Shown here in pieces: positions 27,282 to 37,920 of a stretch of DNA of 64,000 nucleotides. The stretch is taken from contig CAWDYW010000001.1 in NCBI GenBank assembly GCA_963806855.1, positions 832,001 to 896,000 of the forward strand, written 5' to 3'. Positions within the stretch are counted from its first letter, which is position 1. Each line of letters opens with the position of its first letter. The position numbers were made by a program, and so were the translations under genes. This DNA is from an uncultured Verrucomicrobiae bacterium. Its GTDB lineage: Bacteria; Chlamydiota; Chlamydiia; Chlamydiales; Rhabdochlamydiaceae. Under the pieces are notes generated by a model that did no database searches, was not told the DNA's origin, and saw only the letters and a list, made by a program, of their open reading frames with translations.

Positions 27282-27355
27282 GCGGTTATAGCTCAGTTGG
27301 TTAGAGCGCAACACTGATAATGTTGAGGTCCCAAGTTCAAGTCTTGGTAACCGCA
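27282..27355 (+). tRNA. tRNA-Ile(GAT)
   Basis: GCGGTTA/TAACCGC-A stem, CTGATAA loop. Confidence 0.95.
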
Positions 27356-27358
27356 TCC

Positions 27359-27865
27359 ATGAAAAAATTACTAGCTTTTCTCTTCCTCCCCCTCCTCTGT
27401 TACGCTGCACAGTTTGATGACCAGGCTACTGGTCTTACATTTGAGATTCCTCCAGGATTTGAGTTGAACGAAGAGGAGAGCGGCGTCGATGAGACAGAGG
27501 GGAGTTGGTGGTATGTTTTCCATAATGGTGAGGAAGGTATTCTCACTCTTGAAATCGATCAGTACGATCATCTCAAATCGCTTCCGGAACACTTCCACCT
27601 GGCCTTAACAGAAGATGAGACTGAGCTGGAAGGGGTTGTCTTTGAGGGGCTGGAATTTAAAAATATCGAGTGTGCAGGAAGAGAATTTACCAAATGCAAA
27701 CTGCGTATTTTGGCGATCTTCGACGAGTACATTGAGCCTCTCTATGTCTGTGATTATCTCTTTGTCGATCAGAATTTCGGCTTCACGATCAGTTTGATGA
27801 AGAAGGAAGAAGAGAGCGAAACGATGATGCTCTCACTCTTAGAGTCCATCAATTTCAAAAAATAA
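27359..27865 (+). CDS. Acidic hypothetical exported protein
   Basis: MKKLLAFLFL signal peptide. Confidence 0.75.
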   Translation: MKKLLAFLFLPLLCYAAQFDDQATGLTFEIPPGFELNEEESGVDETEGSWWYVFHNGEEGILTLEIDQYDHLKSLPEHFHLALTEDETELEGVVFEGLEFKNIECAGREFTKCKLRILAIFDEYIEPLYVCDYLFVDQNFGFTISLMKKEEESETMMLSLLESINFKK

Positions 27866-27950
27866 ATTTTGGAGGGAATTGCAATTCCTCCTTGGCAAAA
27901 AATTCCCAATTCCTCAAACTTCAGAGATTTTAAAAAACTGAAGGGTAATC

Positions 27951-28478
27951 ATGAAGGCATTTTTTTTAGCATTGATATTGAGTTTTGGAGCATTTGCAGG
28001 TGAACTTTATCGCGATGAAGCGATCGATTTAGAGATGCAAGTCCCAGACTCGCTCAAGCGGACATGGAACATCTTCAATACCCAAACGGGTTTGTCCCTT
28101 ACTGTCTTTAATACGGATGATGAAGAGACTAATGTGCTTTTAATTGCAAAAATCCCCCTCACAGTCATCCCTGAAGAGGAGGCGATCGATGTTCTTCAAG
28201 TGTTGCTAGATGAATTTTGTAGCGACATCACAATCGAAAATCAATACTATTTAGAAGAACTTTCCCCAATTTCTTCCGATTTTTCGCACCATTTTCGTCT
28301 TCATATCTTTGAAGAAGAGATTGAAGAGCCGATCCTGATGGATCTAAATCTCTTTTTTAGGAATGGCTACTCCTGCGTCATTTTGACCGGGGGACTCGAT
28401 TCCAAAAATTCAGATGATCTCGACGAGTTTTCTGAAAATATGATGAGCAATATCAGGTTTGTGGAAGCAGGGCAGTGA
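27951..28478 (+). CDS. Acidic hypothetical exported protein, likely paralog of the previous gene
   Basis: Signal peptide; similar length and D.A..L...P ... IE.P ... SI.F/NI.F layout. Confidence 0.75.
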   Translation: MKAFFLALILSFGAFAGELYRDEAIDLEMQVPDSLKRTWNIFNTQTGLSLTVFNTDDEETNVLLIAKIPLTVIPEEEAIDVLQVLLDEFCSDITIENQYYLEELSPISSDFSHHFRLHIFEEEIEEPILMDLNLFFRNGYSCVILTGGLDSKNSDDLDEFSENMMSNIRFVEAGQ

Positions 28479-29077
28479 AGAGGCTATTCCTCATTATTCT
28501 CCTCTGTTTGGGAGTCTGTCTCCATGGCGCAGAGAGGCAATGGATCATTTTAACCGGCGGGCCAGGGGTTGGCAAAACATCGCTCGTCAACCATTTTGCC
28601 AGGCATGGCTATCCTGTGATCAATGAGGCAGCGACCGATCTGATCAGAGAAAGATTGGCAGAGAAGATCGAGCAACCCTGGAACCAAGATGGTTTCAATA
28701 TGAGCGTACTGGAGTTGCTGATCCATAGACAATCAAATGTTGAGGTGCGAGAGGCGAATGTGGTCTTTATGGATCGTTCTCCCGTCGATGTGCTCACCTA
28801 TTCCTTTCTCCAAAAAGACAGAGCCCACGATCAAATCACAGCCCTAGTCGACAATCTCGTCGCCAGTCAGCTCTATCACAAGAAGGTGTTTCTGATCGAG
28901 AATTTAGGCAACTGTGAGCAAAATGATGTGCGGCCTGAAACTCTAGAAGAGACCCTCCGCATCGAAAGCCATATTGAAGACCATTATCGAAGATACAATT
29001 TCGAAGTGGTTCGGATCCCATCTGCCTCAATTGAAGAGCGGGCCCATCTTATTTTGAAGCATCTTGAACTAAATTGA
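28475..29077 (+). CDS. AAA_28/NadR-like P-loop kinase with signal-peptide-like N-terminus
   Basis: ILTGGPGVGKTS, E.A, DRS..D motifs. Confidence 0.8.
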   Translation: MKRLFLIILLCLGVCLHGAERQWIILTGGPGVGKTSLVNHFARHGYPVINEAATDLIRERLAEKIEQPWNQDGFNMSVLELLIHRQSNVEVREANVVFMDRSPVDVLTYSFLQKDRAHDQITALVDNLVASQLYHKKVFLIENLGNCEQNDVRPETLEETLRIESHIEDHYRRYNFEVVRIPSASIEERAHLILKHLELN

Positions 29078-29107
29078 ATTCCTAATTGAGCAACAACTCT
29101 ACAGGGC

Positions 29108-29200
29108 ACAACGATGAGAATGATACAATGATAAGAATGATAAAAAAAATGAAAAAACCCCTATCGTTCTTATCGTTGTATCGTTCCAATCGTTTCTTCG
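29108..29200. repeat. Imperfect palindrome of tandem 8-9-mers (AGAATGATA / TATCGTTCT)
   Basis: About four units per arm, between convergent genes. Confidence 0.7.
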
Positions 29201-29213
29201 TCTAATGCCTTAA

Positions 29214-30152
29214 TTAATCAGGAACTTTTTCCGCGGAAGACGTTTTCTTGAAGTAACCCTGTTTCAGTTCGGCATGGTAGAAAATCCAAAGGCCGACGGA
29301 GACAATCCCTGTCGAGAGGAAAATCTGCCATGAGGGGCTTTCGCCTATGAAGATCCAGGCGGTGATCGAGGCGAAAATGGGGCTGAGAATCCCCATGAAT
29401 GAGAGGAATGTCGCAGTGAAGCGGCGGAGCATCATTCCGTAGACATTGTAGCAGATGATGTTGTAGAGGAGGGTCATCCCAATCGTACCGGTGAGGAAGG
29501 GGGACATTGACCCTGCTGCAACGGGCACTGGGCTCCAGCTATCGACAAGCATTGAGGCGGCAAGAGCCATCGACCCGCCGATGAACATGCTGCTCCCATT
29601 GGCCATGATGGGGGAGACCGCATTATCTTTCACCACAAGGCGCAAAATCACCCATCCATACACTGAAAAGAGAGCTGCTCCGATGATCGCAAGCGTCGGC
29701 CAAGAGAAGAAGGCGAAGGCGTTGAGGAGCTCCTCAGATCCAGTTTGAGCCATGAAGACAGGCGTCATGCCGAGAAAGCCGATGGTCAGGCCGATCCATT
29801 TGGCCTTCGTCATTTTTTCGCGGAAGTGGATGTAGGAGAAAAGGGCAGCGAGGAAAGGGGAGAGGCTATAGATGAAGCAGGTCTTGGCCGCCGAGAGATA
29901 TTGCAATCCCCAAAACTCTAATATATTGGTGAGGAAGATGGTAAAGAGCGCGAGAAATCCGATCGAAATCCACTGACTCCGATTGAGTTTAAATTCAGAG
30001 CGGCGGCGGATGGCTAAAAAGCCGAGCATCAGCACGCCAGCTAAGAGCATGCGCGTCGCAGTGAGAAATAGGGGTGTGGAGAAGGCGAGCATCATCTTGC
30101 CAGTGACAAAAAAGCTCGACCAAGTGGCGTATAATAGGACTAACCAAGGCAT
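29214..30152 (-). CDS. DMT/EamA-family transporter
   Basis: Two EamA repeats, about 10 TM segments. Confidence 0.88.
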   Translation of the reverse strand: MPWLVLLYATWSSFFVTGKMMLAFSTPLFLTATRMLLAGVLMLGFLAIRRRSEFKLNRSQWISIGFLALFTIFLTNILEFWGLQYLSAAKTCFIYSLSPFLAALFSYIHFREKMTKAKWIGLTIGFLGMTPVFMAQTGSEELLNAFAFFSWPTLAIIGAALFSVYGWVILRLVVKDNAVSPIMANGSSMFIGGSMALAASMLVDSWSPVPVAAGSMSPFLTGTIGMTLLYNIICYNVYGMMLRRFTATFLSFMGILSPIFASITAWIFIGESPSWQIFLSTGIVSVGLWIFYHAELKQGYFKKTSSAEKVPD

Positions 30153-30217
30153 ACAACCATTATACCAAAAACCAATTTGAATTGACAATGACAGAAAAAA
30201 TTGATGATAGTAAATCC

Positions 30218-31198
30218 ATGAGAAAAAGAGTCAAAAAAGTGGTTGTCACTGGGGGCGCTGGCCAGATCGCCTATAATCTTTTATTTCGGATTGCCTCGGG
30301 GGAGATGCTCGGCCAAGATCAACCCATTGAGCTCAGAATACTTGAGATTCCAGAGATGATGAAACCTCTCGAAGGGGTGGTGATGGAGCTGGAAGACTGC
30401 GCCTATCCTCTTCTTCAAGGAATTTATACCTCATCCGACCCTTTCGAACTATTTGAAGATGTCGATCTTGCCCTCCTCGTCGGCGCGTGGCCTCGTGGCC
30501 CGGGGATGGAGCGAAAAGATCTGCTGGCTAAGAATGCCCAAATTTTTATTGAGCAGGGGAAAGCACTCAGCGACAAAGCCTCGCCAGGCGTTCTGGTCCT
30601 TGTTGTCGGCAATCCATGCAATACCAATGCACTAATCGCTTTACATCACGCACCCAAAATTGATCCCAAACAGTTCTTCTGCATGACGCGACTCGATCAA
30701 AATCGGGCCAAGACCCTTCTGGCCAAAAAAGCTGGTGTCCCGATCGATGAGGTGACCAGGGTGACGATTTGGGGCAACCACTCGACAACGCAAGTGCCCG
30801 ATTTTGTCCACGCTCGCATCGGAGCAAAGCCAGTCGCCGAGCTCATCAAAGACCAGCAGTGGCTCGATCATGAGTTTATCGAAACGGTCCAAAAGAGGGG
30901 AGCTGTCGTCATCGCAGCGCGAGGGAAATCGTCTGCGGCTTCGGCGGCCAATGCGGCGCTCGATGCAGTGCGCTCGATCATGGAGCCGACTGCAGAAGGG
31001 GATTGGTTCTCAATGGGAGTCTACTCCAATGGAAATCCCTACCATATTCAAAATGATCTGATGTTCTCATTTCCCTGCCGCTCCAAAGGCAATGGAAAAG
31101 TTGAAATCGTCAAGGGCTTAGAGCTCGATCCAGACTTAAAAAGTTTGATCTCCCGATCAGAAAAAGAACTCATTGAAGAGAGGCATCTGATTGGCTAA
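30218..31198 (+). CDS. mdh: Malate dehydrogenase
   Basis: VTG.AGQI.Y, PR.PGMER.DL, VGNP.NTN, TRLD.NR, WGNHS; start could be 30188. Confidence 0.95.
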   Translation: MRKRVKKVVVTGGAGQIAYNLLFRIASGEMLGQDQPIELRILEIPEMMKPLEGVVMELEDCAYPLLQGIYTSSDPFELFEDVDLALLVGAWPRGPGMERKDLLAKNAQIFIEQGKALSDKASPGVLVLVVGNPCNTNALIALHHAPKIDPKQFFCMTRLDQNRAKTLLAKKAGVPIDEVTRVTIWGNHSTTQVPDFVHARIGAKPVAELIKDQQWLDHEFIETVQKRGAVVIAARGKSSAASAANAALDAVRSIMEPTAEGDWFSMGVYSNGNPYHIQNDLMFSFPCRSKGNGKVEIVKGLELDPDLKSLISRSEKELIEERHLIG

Positions 31199-32351
31199 AG
31201 TTCTATTTGAAATCACAGAAGACAAACTCGAAACAGGGCTCCGCGGCTTTCCAGTAGGCTATTGCGTCACTTCTCATGTCGACCCAGAAAAAGGGCTCCA
31301 CTATTGCGGCAAACCGGTGAGCGAGCTCGCTTTCCGCGAGCCCCAAGAGGTGATCTACTTGCTCTACCACGGCAAAGAGGGGAGTCAAAAAGAGGTGGCA
31401 GAATTCTTCGACCATCTGAAATCGAGAAGCTGCCTACCCGATTCAGTCGTCAAACAGATCTATCATTTGCCGCGCGAAGGATCGCCGATTAAGCTCTTTG
31501 CAGCCGCTTTGCTCTTGCTCGAAATGCATGACAAAATCGGCGACTACCGGGCCGATTGTCTCAATGTGATCGCCAAATTGCCCCATCTTGTCGCCTGCAT
31601 CATCAATCACCACGCTGGTTGGGGAGAAACTCTCAAGCCCAATTTCGACCTTGGTTATATGGAAGCCTTCACCGAAATGGTCCGCATCCCCAAGAAGAGC
31701 CCCGCGCTTAAAGAAGCTTTCAAATTTTTCAATGTACTCCACTACGATCATGGCGGCGGCAATCTCTCTGCATTCGTCGGAAAAGCGGTCGCCTCTGGGC
31801 TCGATGATCTCTACGGCTCTCTGGCGGCTGCGATGTGCGCCCTTGCTGGCCCTAGGCATGGCAGCGCCAATCAAGTGATTCTCGAGTTTGTGAAAAGCCT
31901 CTACGAAGAGCTCGGCGATGGGGCGACAGAAGAGCAGGTGGAAGATCTTATTCGAAAGAAGCTAGATCAACACGAGCTCGTCTTTGGCTTTGGTCATGCC
32001 GTTTTGCGTGTCGAAGACCCTCGAGCGACCATCCTCTATCAATTTGTCAAGGAACATAGTCCCGATCATCCCCTGGTCAAAATTGCCCTCCTCCTGCGAA
32101 AAGTGGGGCCAAAAATTCTAAAAGCAGACCCCAAAATCGCCGATCCCTACCCCAACGTCGATGCCATTTCTGGCACGATGCTCGCCGCTGCCGGCTTCCC
32201 GTACCCCGACTATTTTACCCTGCTCTTCGGCTTGGCCCGCTGCGTGGGGATCGCGATCCAGATCGTCTATGAACGGCTCGAGGCCCGCGATGGCAAAGGG
32301 ACCCCGATCGTCCGTCCCAAATATCTCTACAAAGCTAGATCTACTCGTTAA
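31191..32351 (+). CDS. gltA: Citrate synthase
   Basis: DHGGGN.S, GPRHG.AN, GFGHAV, DPR, PNVD. Confidence 0.95.
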   Translation: MAKVLFEITEDKLETGLRGFPVGYCVTSHVDPEKGLHYCGKPVSELAFREPQEVIYLLYHGKEGSQKEVAEFFDHLKSRSCLPDSVVKQIYHLPREGSPIKLFAAALLLLEMHDKIGDYRADCLNVIAKLPHLVACIINHHAGWGETLKPNFDLGYMEAFTEMVRIPKKSPALKEAFKFFNVLHYDHGGGNLSAFVGKAVASGLDDLYGSLAAAMCALAGPRHGSANQVILEFVKSLYEELGDGATEEQVEDLIRKKLDQHELVFGFGHAVLRVEDPRATILYQFVKEHSPDHPLVKIALLLRKVGPKILKADPKIADPYPNVDAISGTMLAAAGFPYPDYFTLLFGLARCVGIAIQIVYERLEARDGKGTPIVRPKYLYKARSTR

Positions 32352-32502
32352 GTCGCTATTTTGTAACGACCACGCTATTAGTGAGTTAAAGTCATTATTT
32401 ATATTAAAATATTTCTATATATTTTTATTGATAAAAATGCATTTTATTGTATATAATTATTATAAGGATTGATGTGTAATTATATAAAAATGAGGCAAAG
32501 GC

Positions 32503-33420
32503 ATGTCTATAGTAAGTGATGGGAAAATTTTCGTTCTTTTTGGGACTTCGTCTTCTGGGAAAAGTTCTGTGATAAATGCCTTGAGGGGCGCTGATCCTTC
32601 TTGGGTAGAGATGGGCCCAGACCTAGCTGGATTTCTTCACATGGCTGACATGATTAAAGAGACCTTCCCACTAGAATATGAAAAGATGTCGCAGGGGTTG
32701 AGCCACACAGAAATTGCTCATGCAATTGTTGATGTTTTTTTTAAGGCGAAAGAGGGAAAAGATAGCGATTTAGGTTTTCTCCATTGGAAAGGTGGAAGTT
32801 ATTCAAAAGCAGAAATTTTAAATCATATACATGAGGTAGCAAAAAATCCTGCTTTTGCTCCACTTGATCAGTCAATGTACGCGAAAGAGACTGCGGAGAA
32901 AGTGAATCAGAAAATGATTGATTTTATCTGTTCTAACAGTAAACAGGGTCGTCCTGTTTTTGTAGATGGAATGGGGCCTGATATGATTGAAGCCTTTTTA
33001 AAGCAAACAGATGGCTTTCCTGTTAAAACAGGGCTTGCCTATGTTCCACTACATCATTTAGCGGATCGTGTCACCAAGCGTAATGAAACAGCAAAAATAA
33101 CGGGGGACGATGCAGAGGTTCGTTCCTACGAACAAATAACAATTCAATTTCTCGAGCACTATAAACGTGCTGAATCTGGTGAACCTGTTATTGGTCACAT
33201 ATCTTTAGAAAAAGTAGAAAGAGCGTTCAGTAAGATGCAAGCAAAAGACAAAAAAGAAGAAGAAGCTTTAGGCTCCTTAAAAATTAAGTTGATAGAAGAA
33301 TACAGGTTAACCGGTCACGACAAAATACCTCTTACAAGTCGTTTCCCATATCACGTTCTAGTTAAAACAAAAAATCCTCCTCAGGAGTCTGTTCAGCGTG
33401 TTTTGGAAAGCCATCTTTAA
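32503..33420 (+). CDS. P-loop kinase/phosphotransferase-like protein (inserted, AT-rich)
   Basis: GTSSSGKSS Walker A near the N-terminus; L..R...R lid motif. Confidence 0.7.
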   Translation: MSIVSDGKIFVLFGTSSSGKSSVINALRGADPSWVEMGPDLAGFLHMADMIKETFPLEYEKMSQGLSHTEIAHAIVDVFFKAKEGKDSDLGFLHWKGGSYSKAEILNHIHEVAKNPAFAPLDQSMYAKETAEKVNQKMIDFICSNSKQGRPVFVDGMGPDMIEAFLKQTDGFPVKTGLAYVPLHHLADRVTKRNETAKITGDDAEVRSYEQITIQFLEHYKRAESGEPVIGHISLEKVERAFSKMQAKDKKEEEALGSLKIKLIEEYRLTGHDKIPLTSRFPYHVLVKTKNPPQESVQRVLESHL

Positions 33421-33501
33421 TAGCATCTGAATCTCAAGTAAAAAGCTCATCAATAACAATTTGGTTATCCACATTCCCCAAATAGCCTCCGGTTGTAGAT
33501 G

Positions 33502-33653
33502 CGCCGCTGCCGGCTTCCCATACCCCGACTATTTTACCCTCCTGTTCGGCCTGGCCCGTTGCGTGGGGATCGCGATCCAGATCGTCTATGAACGGCTCGA
33601 GGCCCGCGATGGGAAAGGAACCCCGATCGTCCGTCCCAAATACCTCTATAAAG
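33502..33653 (+). repeat. Duplicated 3' end of gltA (direct repeat of 32183-32334)
   Basis: 152 bp with 9 substitutions, all synonymous. Confidence 0.95.
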
Positions 33654-33744
33654 TTCGTACTCCACACAAGCGCAGCGTGTAAAAATTTTCTGGCAGGCGT
33701 TGTTGCATTTTGCTATAATATTTCCTAAATTTCGAGGATGTTTT

Positions 33745-34488
33745 ATGTCGATACAAGCCACTCAATTTTCACCTACAGCATATGCCCTAGACAAGGCGGA
33801 AGAATTCTTTGCAATCGATAAAACAGATGGAGTTCTTTTACAGGCTACTAAAATTATTAGCAGTACATTAACAAAAGTTGCTCTAGCTGTCGCAGGTGTT
33901 GTTGAAATAGTTGCATTAGTTGTTTTGTTAATGATTGCATTTCCTTTCATAAATGATATCACATATCATTCATTGCAAAATCGTATTGAATTAGCCGAGC
34001 GCTCTATTATTGCAGTTAGTGAATGGGAACTTCGTTCAGATGAAGCGACTGATAAGACTCATAGTCTCTGGCCTAATGAAAAGTATATTTTAAAAGCTGC
34101 CGGGTTAGGCGATCTGATCAAAAATGATGATATTTTCTTAGATGATATGACTCTAAAAAAAATTGAAAATAGGTTAAGTTATATCGATGCCTATATCAGC
34201 TCCCAATATTTTTCATCATATGGGAATAGGGTAAACTATTGGTTAGGATATGGAGACATAAACAAGCATTTAACATTAAAAAAAGATCTGAAAATCGTGC
34301 TTACAAAACTGCAAGACCCGAAAAGAATTGAAAATGATTTAGGAACTGCAATTTCAGGATTATTCGCACTTTTTCTTTTCCCCCCATTAGGATTGCTTTT
34401 CCTTGCGCCAAATTCTTATTCTGGTACCTATACAGAGGACCAAATCACACCTTTTAATCAAGAGTTTAAGTGTGATATACTTCCATAA
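33745..34488 (+). CDS. Hypothetical membrane-anchored protein (Inc/effector-like)
   Basis: Long hydrophobic segments; AT-rich. Confidence 0.65.
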   Translation: MSIQATQFSPTAYALDKAEEFFAIDKTDGVLLQATKIISSTLTKVALAVAGVVEIVALVVLLMIAFPFINDITYHSLQNRIELAERSIIAVSEWELRSDEATDKTHSLWPNEKYILKAAGLGDLIKNDDIFLDDMTLKKIENRLSYIDAYISSQYFSSYGNRVNYWLGYGDINKHLTLKKDLKIVLTKLQDPKRIENDLGTAISGLFALFLFPPLGLLFLAPNSYSGTYTEDQITPFNQEFKCDILP

Positions 34489-34597
34489 TTAACTGGCTGT
34501 CATTTTATTAAAATTATTTATTGCTAAAATTTTAACTCTAGAATATAATTCATTGTCAGCTCTATAATTCTATAGAACAAATAAGGAGTTATTCAAG

Positions 34598-35299
34598 ATG
34601 GTATCTGAATTAAGATCGGTTGTAGCAGAAAAATTCTGTAATTATGTAGGACAGTCAGTATGTTCAAAGCTATCCAACCCGCCGGTGATCGGCGCACTCA
34701 TGATTGGAGCTGCTGGGATAGCTATAACTGCGGCAATTCAGTGGAGATGGAAAACATCGACTGTTAACCAATTCCCAGCATTAACTGTTAACCAATTCCC
34801 AACATTATCTGCACCTAAGCTAGAGATTACTAAATTATATGAGACGCGATACCCTATAATCCTTGGTCCAACAAAAAATCCTCCAGATTTACTAAATCTT
34901 GCTCCCTATCTATTAGGTGATTTAAGGTGTGGTGATGGCCAGGAGATTCCACTTTTAGAAGGCGATTATCTCATTCATGTAGAGCTCAACAATAGCAAAG
35001 CTTGGGGAAAACAAAATTATCTTCTTCCTGCTTATCTAGTTAGAAGATTGTCGCCGCATCTGCCATACATAATTCAATATAAGAATGAACAGAAAATCCT
35101 GACTATATCAGAAGGTCTTCACAAAAGCTTAGCGCAAACATTAGAAAGCTGGGAAAACAAATATTATGCTGAACCCGGGGCATTCTCGAATGAACCTATG
35201 CAGGTAATCAAAATACTTCCCAAAGACTGTGGGGGAGATGTTGGCCCTTCAATGAGTAGTTTTTTGCAAGCCAAAAGATACCTGTTCCCGCCAAAATAG
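34598..35299 (+). CDS. Hypothetical effector-like protein
   Basis: AGGAG RBS; N-terminal TM; TVNQFP tandem duplication. Confidence 0.7.
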   Translation: MVSELRSVVAEKFCNYVGQSVCSKLSNPPVIGALMIGAAGIAITAAIQWRWKTSTVNQFPALTVNQFPTLSAPKLEITKLYETRYPIILGPTKNPPDLLNLAPYLLGDLRCGDGQEIPLLEGDYLIHVELNNSKAWGKQNYLLPAYLVRRLSPHLPYIIQYKNEQKILTISEGLHKSLAQTLESWENKYYAEPGAFSNEPMQVIKILPKDCGGDVGPSMSSFLQAKRYLFPPK

Positions 35300-35376
35300 G
35301 CCTGCTTTGTTTTGAAAAATCGATATTTTTCCTGCGTCTTTGCGTTTATTTCAGGCTCATTTTATACTAGTCAAAT

Positions 35377-36195
35377 ATGAGCTCAGCAGATTTCGAAAAA
35401 ATTTTTAACCGTTCCTTCAGCTATTCCTTCTCGAAAAAGAAGTTGCTCCTCGTCTTCCCGGTGCTCGTTTTGTGCGGGCTGCTCGCTGTCATTTGCCGCA
35501 CCATTTCCTTCGGTTCTGGACAATGGATGCAGATGAGCATGGCATTTCTGCCGATGTTTTTGTGCGCAGGCTTTTTACTTGCGCTGGGCCTCATCCTGGT
35601 GCGGATTTACCATCAGGAGCTGAAAGGGGGCGAGATCAAGGTTTTGAACATCATCAGAGATTGTAGAGATCTCATCTATGGCATTCCCTATTTGACCGTC
35701 CCATTGATCTTCTCTTATCTAGTCTTGTGGATGGTCCTCGGGCTCTTCTATCTCATGAGGCTGATCCCCCACGCGGGCGAGGTGGTCTCGGCGATCTTCT
35801 CCTTCGGCCCTTTTCTACTCGTTCTTGGATCCCTTTTTCTCGGCTGTTTGTCTCTTTTGATTTTATTTTATATTACACCTGCCGCAGCGCTGAGATCGGA
35901 TTTGAGCCCGCGCCTGGCTGAAGAGGTGCTGACTGAGATAAAAGCGAATCCTTTCCTCAGTTTCATCATGCCTCTATTTGCTCTACTTCCCCTCTTGCTC
36001 GTCATCGGGATTTTGTCTCTGGCAGCGGTGGTAACGCACATTTTGTATGTCGAAGCTAGCGATAGCCTTACATTGGCCCTCAAATGGTTCTTCATCATGA
36101 TCCCTTTCAGTGCTATTCTGACGCCGGCTGTCATCTTCTTCTTCAACTTCGCTGCAGAAAGTCATGTCTTTTTGCGCAAGCGCATACAACAATGA
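35377..36195 (+). CDS. Multi-pass membrane protein
   Basis: 272 aa, about 6 TM segments. Confidence 0.8.
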   Translation: MSSADFEKIFNRSFSYSFSKKKLLLVFPVLVLCGLLAVICRTISFGSGQWMQMSMAFLPMFLCAGFLLALGLILVRIYHQELKGGEIKVLNIIRDCRDLIYGIPYLTVPLIFSYLVLWMVLGLFYLMRLIPHAGEVVSAIFSFGPFLLVLGSLFLGCLSLLILFYITPAAALRSDLSPRLAEEVLTEIKANPFLSFIMPLFALLPLLLVIGILSLAAVVTHILYVEASDSLTLALKWFFIMIPFSAILTPAVIFFFNFAAESHVFLRKRIQQ

Positions 36196-37124
36196 AAAAG
36201 ATCGCCATCATCGGAGCTGGATTCGCGGGACTCAGCTCAGCCTATTTTTTGTTAAAATCGGGTGAGGTTGCTGTCACGATATTTGAAGCCGATCGGATCG
36301 GTGCAGGAGCTTCAGGGGTCTGCAGCGGCCTATTACATCCTTATCCCGGCCTCAGCGCGCGGCGTAGTTTTAAGGCCGAAGAGGCTCTTAGCCTTACAAA
36401 ACAGCTGATCCGTATCGCAGAGGAGCATACACCCAAAGTGGTCGCACGTCAGCAGGGGATTTTGCGCAAAAGCATGAATCTCGATCAAAGGGAGAGGCTC
36501 CTGCAACACTGCAGTCAGTGGGGCGATGTGGAACAGCTCGAGCAAGATCTCTTTTTGATCCATTCTGGGATCACCGTGCTCTCGGAGAATTATCTAGAGG
36601 GATTATCGGCAGCTCTAATCAAAATGGGGGCGGAAATCGTCATTCAAAAAATCGAGACTCTGGGGCAGCTCGAAGGCTTCGACCACATTGTTGTCGCGGC
36701 AGGGTATGGTGTCCGCAGCTTCCCCGAGTGTCAGCATCTCAAGATCAAATTTTTAAAAGGGCAGAGTCTGCGGCTGGAGGGGAAGCCTCCTCTGGAAAAG
36801 AGTCTGATCTCGCAAGGGTATATCGCCCATATCGGCAGCGCTACCCATTTCGAATTGGGCTCCACCTATGAGAAGGAATTTGATGATGACCTTCCACAGA
36901 TCGAGCGGGCTAAGGAACTGCTCAAGGAAAAATTGGCCTATTGCCAAGGGGCCAAAATCATCCAATGCAAGGCGGGGGTGCGGGTCGCATCTGTGGGCCA
37001 TTATGTGCCGCTCATCGAAAAAATAGCCCCCAATGCCCACGTCTTCACCGGCCTCGGGTCAAGAGGGCTGCTCTACCACGGACTCTATGGAATGGCTCTT
37101 TCCAATAAGATCCTTTTAGCTTAA
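36192..37124 (+). CDS. FAD-dependent oxidoreductase (DAO/MnmC-like)
   Basis: IIGAGFAG, GASG...G, GLGSRG. Confidence 0.88.
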   Translation: MKKIAIIGAGFAGLSSAYFLLKSGEVAVTIFEADRIGAGASGVCSGLLHPYPGLSARRSFKAEEALSLTKQLIRIAEEHTPKVVARQQGILRKSMNLDQRERLLQHCSQWGDVEQLEQDLFLIHSGITVLSENYLEGLSAALIKMGAEIVIQKIETLGQLEGFDHIVVAAGYGVRSFPECQHLKIKFLKGQSLRLEGKPPLEKSLISQGYIAHIGSATHFELGSTYEKEFDDDLPQIERAKELLKEKLAYCQGAKIIQCKAGVRVASVGHYVPLIEKIAPNAHVFTGLGSRGLLYHGLYGMALSNKILLA

Positions 37125-37134
37125 ACTTTGATCC

Positions 37135-37920
37135 ATGCAAGGGACACTACTCTTTTTAGGTACCGGGGGATCCGCCGGGGTTCCCATCATCGGCTGCAAA
37201 TGCCGGGTCTGCCAATCCACTTCTATCTTCAATAAACGGGCGCGCCCATCTGCCTTATTGAAAATCGGAAAAAAGTTCTTTCTGATCGACTCGGGGCCCG
37301 ATTTTCGCTCGCAGGCGCTCCACTATGGAATCGACAAGCTGAATGGGGTCATCTTGACTCACACCCACTACGACCATGTGGGGGGCCTCGATGAACTGCG
37401 CGTTTTCTACTTTATGCAACATATCCGGATGCCGATGCTCGCTTCGATTGAAACCTACAATGAGCTGCGTCACCGTTTCCACTATCTTTTCATGACCAAA
37501 CAGGCCGACGGGACGCTCCAGTCGCAGTTCGATTTCCAAATTTTGGAAGATGATTTTGGCACGACCCACTTTCAAGGGATCAAAGTGCACTATGTGAGCT
37601 ATGCCCAAGCCAATATGAAGGTGACCGGCTACCAATTTGGCGATTTGGCCTACATCTCCGATATTCGGGAATATGATGAGAAGGTGATTGAGTCGCTGCA
37701 AGGGGTCGACACGCTGATCATCAGCGCTCTTCGCTATACCCGTTCTGACGTCCATTTCAATATCGATGAGGCGATCGAATTTAGCCAAAAAGTGGGAGCG
37801 AGAAGGACATTTTTCACCCATATTTCCCACGAATTGGACCATGAAGAGACCAATAACCAATTGCCCGAAAATTTCCGGCTAGCCCACGACGGATTGGAGA
37901 TCCATTTCACCTATGAATAA
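37135..37920 (+). CDS. MBL-fold hydrolase (PhnP/YcfH-neighbour type)
   Basis: LGTG.S.GVP.IGC.C..C, TH.HYDH, TH.SH. Confidence 0.88.
   Translation: MQGTLLFLGTGGSAGVPIIGCKCRVCQSTSIFNKRARPSALLKIGKKFFLIDSGPDFRSQALHYGIDKLNGVILTHTHYDHVGGLDELRVFYFMQHIRMPMLASIETYNELRHRFHYLFMTKQADGTLQSQFDFQILEDDFGTTHFQGIKVHYVSYAQANMKVTGYQFGDLAYISDIREYDEKVIESLQGVDTLIISALRYTRSDVHFNIDEAIEFSQKVGARRTFFTHISHELDHEETNNQLPENFRLAHDGLEIHFTYE

Noticed and set aside
27320..27358. N-terminal extension of the 27320 ORF
   Set aside because: Overlaps tRNA-Ile; ATG 27359 gives a clean signal peptide
33465..33473. DnaA box TTATCCACA as an origin signal
   Set aside because: Single box with no cluster or origin context
33461..33682. 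73-aa second citrate synthase gene
   Set aside because: Only the duplicated last ~50 codons of gltA
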